Below the pieces are notes generated by a model. It did no database searches. It saw only the letters and a program-made list of their open reading frames with translations, and was not told where the DNA came from. The translations under genes were made by a program, and so were the position numbers. DNA of 64,000 nt. It comes from Lepidodermella squamata. Its lineage: Eukaryota > Animalia > Gastrotricha. Below are positions 1 through 10,313 of the stretch, piece by piece. Numbering within the stretch: position 1 is the stretch's first letter; every line of letters begins with the position of its first letter. The DNA lies in assembly GCA_047495785.1 (NCBI GenBank), contig JBLDXI010000001.1, forward strand, positions 1,488,001 to 1,552,000. Direction: 5' to 3'.

Positions 1-876
1 AGGGCTACCAACATCCAAGGTTAAAGCTTCGAGTTTCGAGTGTACCTACATTCAAGCTGGCTGGTATCAACTAGAAAAATAATTTTCGTCTCAAACTCGT
101 GTGCCGAGAATCCCAAGGAATTGCAAATCATGCTGGAAGTTTGTTAAAACGTCGAGTCCACGGTTGCAAGCGATCCTCGTTTGAGTCGGCGCGGCTCCCT
201 GTTTCGCTCGCCCCTTTATCTCCGCGGGTCGCCCGAAAAATACTTTAAAAAAATACCGCCAAAATAATTTTCAAATTTATGGAATTTGTATTATAAACAT
301 TTATAATATTTAAATTATTAATTTTTTGAATTAAATGTGGAAATAGCTTCCTCACGGATCAGCCCTGAGCGCTTATAGAGCGAAATACAAAACGGCAGGG
401 GGGGTACCTTCATTTTTAGAAAATCATGGAAAAATGTCCTTTGCGCGGCAACCCAAAAGTACAAGTTACCTGAGGAATTTTCCCAATTAACTTATACCAT
501 TAGATAGCTGAGATCATTAGCTAGCTGATGGTATAATTTTTTCTCGATATATCTCATTCCAAGGTCCTGGTCCTCGATCCCAAAGTTGGGTCATTTTTGG
601 CGAAAAAATTTATACCTGGCCCAAGTGTATATATAGGGGGCAAACGGTGTGCCTCTTTTCTTTCATCCTGGGCTATGTCCCTTTCGCCGCTGTCCTTTCC
701 AGACCCTCTCCATTCTTCGGAGGGCACTACCGTGCCCCCACAATATTGAAGCGATATTGTTTAAACGAATTAGATATTTGATCTTGCATCCATTCGATGT
801 TACCATCGGTAATAAAAAGAATTGCCATCACGGTAAACATTGTATTGAGGATTTGAAACGTTTTCAATTTTACTCT

Positions 877-2284
877 ATGATGCAGAAGTCTCCTTATGAG
901 CTTCATTTCGCTCTCAACGACGCTGCTGATGTTGTAATCACGCAAGTCCGTGTTCAAGTATTTCTGGTAATAAATATCCTTATGCTGTTTGCTCGATTCA
1001 ATTAGGATAAGCCATGCAATATTTCTGTTGCACTATACGAGGCATTTTGCTCCACTGAACGATCTCCTGTTGCTCGGCTCGTCGAATATTTTGCATCGTT
1101 AAATCACCTTTACCATGAGTTTATGAAGGCAGGAAAGCTTGGGTTTGCAGAAGAAGTTTTGCTTGTGGACCGGGACATTATAAGTACTGCGATCGACCGC
1201 GTAGCCGGTAGTTGCGCGAACCAATGTGCCGGAAGATGTCTTTTGTATGAATTAGCCACATATTTTCGGCATTTGATGCGAAAAGGCACTTTAAGCTCCG
1301 AATCTTGTCTGCTGATTGAGCAATTCTTGGTTTCTTGCTCTGAATGTCTTCTGAACATTGCTTGTTATCCGAGTTTGATGAAAGTGTACAGATTTGCAAC
1401 TGAAGCTGCTAAATCGTCCCATTGGGCTTGTTTTACGCGGCAAAACGATATTTTCATTTCATTCCTATCGAACGCACCCACCGTGTTAACCCGAATTTCG
1501 CAAATGCTCAGCCTTAGTTCTTGTTTCGCAGGTCGATTCCAGGACAACACCACTGGGACAGATGCAATTATCCGCTCTCATTTTCCGTTGTTTCGCAGCT
1601 TCACTCTGCTTTATTTACAATCGGCTGTTTCCGTGGTTTGTCCGCCAACGGTAAACTTCCGTAAATTTGAATGTGGAAGCTTATGAAACGTATTTTTAGC
1701 GGAACACTCTGCCTTATGATACAGTCTCGTTGATGAAGTCGTTTTTCAACGGGGGATTTTCGAGCCATTGCTTTTCATGTGCTTTGTCGCAAGTGTTTTT
1801 CGAACAAGACGACCAGCATGTTGAGTTACTGCTCTTATCCCTGAAGTGGTCGGCTTTGGTTGAAAAGTTAGTTTCTGAGTATAATGCGTAATATTTATTT
1901 CTTGATTATGTCAACACTTGAAGGGAACCCGATGGACTCAGCCCAGTCGATAGTCATTTGCTCTTCAACCGATTTCTTTCCGAAATTTCCTATGATCCTG
2001 CCATTGTCGTTGATCTGATAATTTCTAGCGAGACTGATTTTTTACGATTCATTGTATTATACTTGAAAACGATAATCAAAGATTGCCAACAGTTCAGGCT
2101 TTCTTGCTGCTCACTGCATCATCATGTTGAAGTCTGCGCTGTTGATGTGTTCGGTAAAGTTCGCGAGTTTTTCAAACTAGTTCAGAAACGTTTGTCAAAC
2201 CTTTCAGCTCAAAATGCAGTTGGTTTCAACATCTCCCCCTTACTTAATTTGTTAACGAAAACTATCGTCGCTATGGACGAATGA
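877..2284 (+). CDS. LINS1: Protein Lines homolog; 4 exons (877-966, 1006-1650, 1700-1866, 1924-2284)
   Basis: GT-AG introns join the ORFs in frame. Motifs VFFEQDDQHVELLL and FLSEISYDPAIVVDLIISSETDFLRFIVLYLK resemble the Lines C-terminal domain. Start codon is less certain. Confidence 0.75.
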
Positions 2285-2330
2285 CCCTTTAATTATGCGC
2301 ATTTTCGTTTTATAGCTCTTTGATTAATGA

Positions 2331-2648
2331 ATGATTAGCCGAGTCGTGCGGTTTTTCTGCTCTGCATCACAAAAGAAAACGATTAAAGTAACACTGTATA
2401 CGAAAAATAACTGCTCTCTTTGTGACAAGGTGAAAGACTTCATCGCACTATCAAGATACAACAATCTAGTCGACCTTGAAGAGATATATATCGACGATCC
2501 CGCCAACGCAACGTGGCACGCGAAATACAAGTACGAAATTCCTGTTGTATACATTGACGGAAGACCTGCAGTGAAAGGCCGAATCGCTCAACAAGTTCTC
2601 GAGCGTAAATTCGAAGAAGCTCTGCTGAGAAATGAGCGTCGCAAATGA
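2331..2648 (+). CDS. Glutaredoxin-like protein (C5orf63/YDR286C family)
   Basis: 105 aa: VTLYTKNNCSLCDKVK (CxxC), WHAKYKYEIPVVYIDG; basic N-terminus resembling a mitochondrial targeting peptide. Confidence 0.85.
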   Translation: MISRVVRFFCSASQKKTIKVTLYTKNNCSLCDKVKDFIALSRYNNLVDLEEIYIDDPANATWHAKYKYEIPVVYIDGRPAVKGRIAQQVLERKFEEALLRNERRK

Positions 2649-4890
2649 AGCGCTAATCGAAATATCGTCTGACGAAGAAGTTGGACCATCGAAAAGTTTG
2701 AAATCAAAACCAACTGGGAAACCGGCGGTTCTGAGTGACGTACAGCAAAGACCGAAAAAGAATTCCTTGTTGAATTATTTTGCGCCGTCATCGAGCGCCA
2801 AAAAGCCTAGAATAGAGCCTGCGGAACCTATTGTTCTCGATAGCGAGAATTCTGTTGCAGAAGTCTTTCCTGCCAGTGAACCTCAAAATCCTTATTTCGA
2901 ATCTCCTTATTACCTGAAAAATTTCTGGCACATTATCGACGCTATATTAGGCTCTGAAGAGCATGTTATGTTGTCGAAAAAAGCGTTCACTGATAAAGAC
3001 CGAGATTTGGTGCTAAAACTTCGATCACTGCCTAACGATTGTCAAAAGATGTTTATTCGCTTATTTAGTCGTCAGAAATGGATCTTGCGGTCAAGGATAA
3101 ATTACGATAGCCAGTTTTCATCGCCCTCGGATCAATTGCTCAAGCTGCTGGTGGAAAATAAGCTCCTATTTGACCAACGTGATTTGCTAGACATCGAAAT
3201 CGCGTTGAACTTGCTTTCTTCTGACCAGGCTAAGAAATTTGCGTCGTCTTTCGGCTTATTTCCTAAAGGAAAGGATAAACAGTTCAAAACTAAGGCGGCT
3301 CTTATTTCTCATGTTCTTGAAATCAAATCGTCGATTTCAGAGGAAATTTGGAAGAAAAAGGAGGTTAAATTTCTTGCGAAGTGTCGGGAATTGGCTGGGC
3401 AGTGTTATTCGATTCCTAAGCATGTCAAACGAATTTTTCTCCGAATCCTCTTGCTGTTTTCGAGAATCGCAGATCTAACGCGGCAAGATACAAAAACGAC
3501 GTCGAAATCAGGCGCTTCCGGCCTACAAAGTCAGCTGTTTTCTATGCTAGAAGTCGAGAGAGGCATCGTTAAATTCCCCTCAGTTGAAATAGACCAATCA
3601 AAAACTGAAGGTTTTCTCGACTTGGTGTATCGCTCGCCTGAAGAACTGGACCTCGCTCTTTGGTTTTACATGAAATCGGAAAAACTCACTGCCATTGTTG
3701 ACGCGAAAAACCTGCCTGTAGATCTAGCTTCGAAAATTGTTGCGAAGTATCGAGAAACTGTCAAAGACGAGGAAGAGCTTGGGAAATTGCCGAAATTTAT
3801 CCGAAGCCTAGCTTTGCCATCAATAGCTAAACGGGCATTATTCGCTTGCTCTGACGTGTTCGAACGGGCGAGAAAATACGATGAAGCTGTTCGAGTTTTA
3901 AGGTTGATCTTAGACTCGAACCCTACGTTCGGCCAGTCGCTTCGTCGCAAAGTTTGGCCACGTTTGATTTTGGATCAAGACCGGCATTTACGCAACCCCC
4001 AGGCTGCATTCAAATCTGCCATGGAGGCGTTGAATCACGATAAAGTGCTGACATTAGCAACTCGTTGGGAAATCGAAGATCGAGTACTGAATGAATTATC
4101 GAAACGAGTTGAAATCGGTGATTTCAAACCGCAAATTCCGTTGCCGGACGAAGTGCCTCGAACAATTAAAGGCAGTGTGATGTCCTACGAATTCGATAAG
4201 GTGAAAATCAGATTCTACAAACCTAACGAAGCAGGCGAAATTGAAATCATGTCGGTTGAAAACGTAGCCAGTGATTATTACATGGGTTTTGAAGAAAACG
4301 GCGAAAAATTCACCGAGGCCCTGCATTCGGAGGGCGCGTCTGTTCTGACTTTGTTAGGTCTGATTTTCTACGACGTGATTTTTTCGAATCAAGTCGAAGG
4401 CTTCCCTGTTTTCATTTCGAAATTTCAAGGTGCTCCTCTTGACATCTACAGCGGTCAAGATTTTTACGAGCAGCGACGAGATTTGATAGAAAACCGTGTC
4501 GATTTGATCCGAAATGACGACGAAAATCTGACGATTGTTTGCGAAATGATCTCAAAAGTTTGGCTCGAGCATTCGGGCGAGCAAGCCCATCCGATTTCGT
4601 GGTCAACTTTCGCCGATTGCGATCAAGCGTGTCGATTAGCACGGGCTCTTGGCCCTCAAAAATTGTCCTTCCTCATGAAAACTGTGATATCAGACCTGCA
4701 CTTTTTCCACTCCGGCTTTCCTGACCTAACGTTATGGGACGAGCCGACTCGTTCTGTTCGTTTCGTCGAAGTGAAAGGCCCGGGTGATACGTTGTCTGCA
4801 AAGCAGCGTATTTGGCTTGATTTGTTGCGGAAAAATGGCGTCAAGGCTGAATTGTGTCGCGTTGAAGGCGTTAAATCACGAAAACTATGA
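2632..4890 (+). CDS. FAN1: Fanconi-associated nuclease 1, intronless
   Basis: 752 aa; PYYLKNF, FIRLFSR, HSEGA and the C-terminal VRR-NUC motif SGFPDLTLW...FVEVKGPGDTLSAKQRIWL; N-terminal PIP-box-like KNSLLNYF. Confidence 0.95.
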   Translation: MSVANEALIEISSDEEVGPSKSLKSKPTGKPAVLSDVQQRPKKNSLLNYFAPSSSAKKPRIEPAEPIVLDSENSVAEVFPASEPQNPYFESPYYLKNFWHIIDAILGSEEHVMLSKKAFTDKDRDLVLKLRSLPNDCQKMFIRLFSRQKWILRSRINYDSQFSSPSDQLLKLLVENKLLFDQRDLLDIEIALNLLSSDQAKKFASSFGLFPKGKDKQFKTKAALISHVLEIKSSISEEIWKKKEVKFLAKCRELAGQCYSIPKHVKRIFLRILLLFSRIADLTRQDTKTTSKSGASGLQSQLFSMLEVERGIVKFPSVEIDQSKTEGFLDLVYRSPEELDLALWFYMKSEKLTAIVDAKNLPVDLASKIVAKYRETVKDEEELGKLPKFIRSLALPSIAKRALFACSDVFERARKYDEAVRVLRLILDSNPTFGQSLRRKVWPRLILDQDRHLRNPQAAFKSAMEALNHDKVLTLATRWEIEDRVLNELSKRVEIGDFKPQIPLPDEVPRTIKGSVMSYEFDKVKIRFYKPNEAGEIEIMSVENVASDYYMGFEENGEKFTEALHSEGASVLTLLGLIFYDVIFSNQVEGFPVFISKFQGAPLDIYSGQDFYEQRRDLIENRVDLIRNDDENLTIVCEMISKVWLEHSGEQAHPISWSTFADCDQACRLARALGPQKLSFLMKTVISDLHFFHSGFPDLTLWDEPTRSVRFVEVKGPGDTLSAKQRIWLDLLRKNGVKAELCRVEGVKSRKL

Positions 4891-5258
4891 TTTTATCTGT
4901 TCCTTTTTTCTTTCTCATTCTATTTGGCGCCGCGCCAGATTAATGATAACTTCTCAAGTATACATCCATACTTTGTTTGCACTACATACATGCTTCCTTT
5001 TGATGAGAAAGATAATAAGGGTCGGCAGCCTTTCATCTGTAGTAAGCCGCCTTAATATTAGCATACTTGAGCGTTACTACACATGCGCATACGTGGCTCA
5101 TTTATACATAACAAGTACGTTTCTCGCTCAATTTGAACAGCGGTCGAGCGGGCGTGAATACGATGATGAAAAAATTGGTTTTACTACGAGCAATTTGTGA
5201 TTTTTTTCATGTAGCAAATACTACTTAAACCAACACCTTTGATCTTGAATAAGAAGTC

Positions 5259-5748
5259 ATGGATAAGAAGAAACAACAAAACTTGCCATCAGGTCCTGAA
5301 ACCGTTCTAGATATATTCTGGAAAAGCTTTCAATATCGCGCTTCTTGGCCAGACAAGGTAAAAAAACGGGAGAATTGTATGTGTTTGTTATTACTATTTT
5401 TTATTCACCGTCTAGGAGCAATTTCTCGATGTGATTTACTGGCAGCGACAGGTGGTGGGCCTCGTATTCGGCATCCTCTTCGGCGTGCTAGGCCTCACCG
5501 GGGTTCTCTCAATTGTTGTGTTCTTTATCGTCAATTCACTGCTCATCTACGTTTATGCATCATCTTTCCAACAAATCGACGACGACGAGTTCGGCGGAAC
5601 GACGGAAATCCTCAAAGAGGGCCTCATGACCTCGTTTTCTACATTTTTGGTAAATTTACTGTTCATTATGCTTGAATATAGAATCCATTATTCATGCATT
5701 TTTCTCCAGGTTTCTTGGATTGCTGTTTACTCTGGTCTGTACCATTGA
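5259..5748 (+). CDS. RAB5IF: RAB5IF/C20orf24 (OPTI) homolog; 3 exons (5259-5357, 5416-5649, 5710-5748)
   Basis: Spliced product W-PDKEQFLDVIYWQRQVVGL...QQIDDDEFGG...LKEGLMTSFSTFLVSWI. Confidence 0.9.
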
Positions 5749-5980
5749 TAATTGCTCGAAAATAAGGAAGAGCCGGATTCTTTCCTACGCAATATAAAAT
5801 TGCTCTCTATGTCAGTGTCGTCAATTTTTTATTTATATGTGCATGTAAGCGAGCGAACGAAGACGTGAAGCAAGGTGAAATTCGTCAAAATTCAGTGAAA
5901 AAATTCTAATATGCTGATTAAAGGAAATAATTTTTCCATCCATCTGATCTCCATAGATTTTGCTATTATTATTCAAGTGA

Positions 5981-6497
5981 ATGAGAGGTGGACAAGGTGG
6001 TCGTGGAGGAGGAGGAGGACGTGGAGGTCGAGGGAGAGGGGGCGGCCGGCCGATGTTCGGCGAAAAAGGTCAGTTCAGTCTGGACCGCCAACTTGGTTTA
6101 CCCACTCAGAAAAAAGAACGAAAGTCATTCCGAGGCCGAGGTCGTGGTGGCGGTGATTCGCAGAACTTCCAAAATTTCTCTCACACCCCTCGAAACAGCG
6201 CTAAACCTTCAATTTACCACCAAGCCGTTTCAGAATTCGCTAAAAAGGAACAGGAACGAGCTCAAAAACAAAAGGTTATTGAAATAAAATTGGGACTCAA
6301 TTTTTCAAATCATTTTGATATTTTTTCAGGAATATGAAGAAAAAAATGCTGCAAGAAAAGTTTCGAAAAAGAAGCGGCATGAGAAAAGACGGCAGCACCT
6401 AACGTTCACGTCAAATGGTCAGCCAGTTATGGGTTCTAGGATAAAGTCCCTCCTTGAAAAAATCCAAAGCAATATTATTGTTAAAGATGAAAAATAA
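5981..6497 (+). CDS. CCDC59: TAP26/CCDC59 (Fyv7-like rRNA-processing protein) with RGG-rich N-terminus; intron 6275-6329
   Basis: C-terminal TSNGQPVMGSRIKSLLEKI matches the family motif; in-frame GT-AG splice. Confidence 0.75.
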
Positions 6498-6554
6498 TTT
6501 GCTCATTTTTTATCCTATTTATTTTTAATTGAAAGCAATTTTGTTACTTGTAGA

Positions 6555-7517
6555 ATGTCTTTTATCGAAAATATTTTTACGGATGAGGACCATCAAGTGT
6601 TATGGATGCGACTTTTCGGCATTTTCGTCGCCCTGTGCCTTGTCCTGCCGTTTATGTTCCACTCGCCGGGTTCGAGGCGCAAACGGCTCTATCGAAGATA
6701 TGTCCTGAAATCGGGTCGATTTTACAACCGCCATTGCGCTGCTCAAATCGCGTCGTTCCTCGATGAAATCCGCCAGGCCTGCATGGTATCTGGACCAAAA
6801 TTGACAGTCGTCGAAGTTGGATGCGGCCCGTTCCCGAGTTTGAAGGCCTACCCGCCCGGCACTAAGTTGATCTGCATTGAGCCGTGCAATGAGTTCAACA
6901 AGTACATCGAAGCCGAGTGGAAACGTTCGCATCTAGCGTCGAAGGGTGAAATTGCTGACGATTTGCACCACAAAGAAGAAGGCGAAAACGCGAATTCCCG
7001 CCTGTCAACATCGTCCAGTTGCAGTTCACTGTCTAGCCCGGAGGCAACGAGTGATGCCGAAACGGAACACCGCGATGGGCAGCTGTTGATTTACAACGTC
7101 GGAGCGGAGCGTATGGCTGAGGTAGGAAAATTTGCAATTTTTAAGGCGGAATTTTCAATTTTTTCTCCGTAGGTTGTTGGTACCAAGTCGGTTGACATTG
7201 TAGTGGCCCGCCAACTGCTGTGTTCGATCGATGACGTGCCGACTGTTCTAGCTCAAATCAGCGAGGTGTTGAAACCTGGTGGGCAGTACTTCTTCTGGGA
7301 GCACGTTCGATCGAGCAGTCGCTTTGTTAGCGTGTTCCAGACCCTCCTTGCCTACCCGCCGCTGTCCTACCTCACAGGGTGCGATTTGAGACGCAAAAAC
7401 TTTTTCGCCGAGAAAATTCAGGGCTTCTCGCGGTTCGAGTTCAAAACCTTCCACACCACACTGCCTTGGTACATGTTTCCTTACCATCAAACGGTCTCAG
7501 GCTGTGCTGTCAAGTAG
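6555..7517 (+). CDS. METTL7/TMT1-like SAM-dependent methyltransferase; intron 7122-7172
   Basis: N-terminal TM helix, VVEVGCGP, ICIEP, SVDIVV..LLCSIDD, VLKPGGQYFFWEHV, GCDLRR. Confidence 0.85.
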
Positions 7518-8337
7518 TGAGAGTGAAGCAAATCGATGATTCATCTTCCAGATTTTATAAAAGAAAATCTCTCAAATTTTGCCGAGCGCTGATCGTTTTA
7601 GAACTGTTAACAATAATTATACCTATATAACCTTGTTTTTGTTTGTTTTACGGTAGCTCCTATATTTCAAGCTTGATCCTCATCTCATGCAAACAATTTA
7701 TATAGCGATGAGCTGAGAAATTAAAATTGCAAATAGTCTTGTTTCATATTATTTTCAAAACTTGCATATTCATCAACAATTGTATTTTTCTACTCTTTGG
7801 ACCACGTTGCAAGCATTTCATCTTGAATGTGCTAATCTGTGCCTGGTTCGTCGATTTTATACCTGTCCAGCTTAATTGTGGCGCTTTGGTATTTGTTGAT
7901 CCCTGAAATGAGATCTTTTCGGCGATGCTTGACAACTTTTTTACGTGTTGATCGGTTTGTGTTTCGATTTCGCGATATTATGGCTTGCTTTGCAAACTAT
8001 TTAATCAACCAAAAGAGGAGAGAATAAAAGTCTGGCGAATGTAACGTGCTTTGTTTTATTCAAATTACGAGGGTAAATATATTCTTTTTTTCAACTCAAT
8101 ACCGAGATTTGAGTACAGTATAATGATTCATCATTCCAGGTGTAACGGAACAGAGTAACGCCCGAAATTTCAGGACAACAAAGCGCCAACCATAGGAGGT
8201 GTATTGAACGACTTTACAGTGCAACATTCGAGCCGATGAAAGACATGTTTTATACGAAAATTATCATTTTTTATTTAAAAAATCCGCGGAGAAGAGAAAA
8301 TAAAAACGTAAGAATGCTGGATAAATTATTACAACTT

Positions 8338-9805
8338 TCAGACGCGACCTTCACGGCTAAAAATTCGGTGATTTTCCTCAGAAGATGACACCTCGGTATC
8401 GTCCGACACGTTATCAGCCTGCAACAGGCGATTCGAACTCTGATCCATATGGTCGCTGTCAGTTTGACTGATTTGCCGATTCCGGTTCATTGTCCAACGC
8501 GACGTTGAAGACGCGCCGTGGAAAAACGCGCTGATGTTGTCCTTGTTCGACGACCACATGCGCCGCGCCCGATCCAGGTTCCGCCTGTAGATAGGCTCCC
8601 AGTCGATCGGTCGAAACGTGCAGCAAAATCGGAAGAAATTGCACAGATAACCGGAGTGGAATGGCGACGAACTGCCCGCCAAATAATTCGGCAGGATTTG
8701 ATCCAGCTGGCGGAGATACGTGATACGATCCCGAGATCCGATTTCCCACGTGGTTTGGTTTGTCAAAGCTAGGTAGGTGTGCAAACACGCGAGACATGTC
8801 GTCGGCAGGGACGTGATTGCAACGACGCAAAAGCAAAAAATAGCGAGCCAGTTGTTGGATAGAAACTCACTGGCCACATGCGAGGGTAGGAATGACCGCC
8901 ACAACAGGTAAATCGTCCAATAAATCGCGGCAACTTGAAGCACAAGGAATGAGAGAAAGAACTTGTGGTTATACTCGCCAACACAATTAGCCACCCTAAA
9001 AAAATATTATTTCAAGAAAACTGGCTGAAATAAAAATTGTAAAATTACCAGGGGCAGTGATGATCAAATCTTCGAACGCATTTGTTGCAATCGACACAAT
9101 GCCGAGCTCGAAGCGGTAGTTGCTCAATATTGCAAATATCACATCGAATTTTCGGAAGATCACTCGGCTCGGCTTGACTCGAAGAATTAGCATTGGTATT
9201 CGGACTAGGATTGCCGCTCATATTGATAGTAGGAATGTCAAGTTCCGCATTTGGTAAGGCACTGCTCGACAGAGCATCGCCAACAAAAATCGCAACAGAT
9301 TCTGGATCGTTCAAATTACTCGGGTCGTTCGACGATGCGTTGCTTTTAGCTTCCTGCTTAGTTACTTTGTAGTTTCTTGGGAGGTGACCGGGGTTCATTC
9401 GCGACGCCATTAAATAGAAGATATTCGTAGCGATGAGCAGTGTTACGTAGAAGAAAACTGTTGACCAGCTGAAAGTGATCGGACCAGAGGCCCCGAAAGC
9501 GAAAATTGATTGAGGCGGCGGGGCATAGTGCCCTCCACTCAAAATTGTCGACCCGCCCCTATCCGGTAGATATGTTGACGATGTACTCGCAGCAACCGAT
9601 GCATTTAGATCTAATTTATACAATTACGCTATTCTATCAATTATTTCGTCATTTCTAGACACCAACCTGGTGAAATGAAGAAAAGTGAAGTCGCTAAAAC
9701 CAGCGTTAGTGTGAGATGGCCCAGGGCGACTAATGCACGGGAAGACGGCATGGTTTTCGAGCAAACGGCGCCTGTTACTTTGAGACACCAAGCTCCACAA
9801 GCCAT
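8338..9805 (-). CDS. DHHC palmitoyltransferase (ZDHHC12-like); introns 9666-9611 and 9048-8996
   Basis: Spliced CDIC...[36 protein letters not shown]; NQTTWE motif. Confidence 0.92.
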
Positions 9806-10313
9806 CGATGCGAAAAAATATATAATATCTATTAATAAAATGAACAACAGGTTGAAAATTTGATTTCGTTTTTTATTCCATTTCTGCCCATTTGTTTCTC
9901 GTCACTAATTAAACGCCCGAAATAAAAGCAACTTCGCCATGATTTTTCGCACACGTCAAGAACCAGCTATAAGAGAGAGAAAGAGAGTAAGAGATGATTT
10001 GTCCCCAATTGATATAAACAATCAACGCCCGTCTTCTTCGAGATGCCGCACAACAAATTCGTCTCCACCATCCTTCATCAAAACCACAAAACACGCGTTC
10101 CGGTGTAACGAAAATTCATAGGAATGGTTTCTACTGAAAACAGTCAAATAGCGCTCAAATATTTACATTTTCACTAAGCTTGAAGTAGTATTAGTCATTA
10201 TATAGTATTTTAAAAATGCTACTCAACTTTGTTAAAGTGATGGACTCAAGAATCAAAAATGTGTGGGTGTTTTCACAAGGTAATGCATTTATTAATATAC
10301 AGTTTTTGCGTTA

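Noticed and set aside
1-650. Possible transposon remnant or regulatory DNA at window start
   Set aside because: No paired termini or coding signal visible within the window
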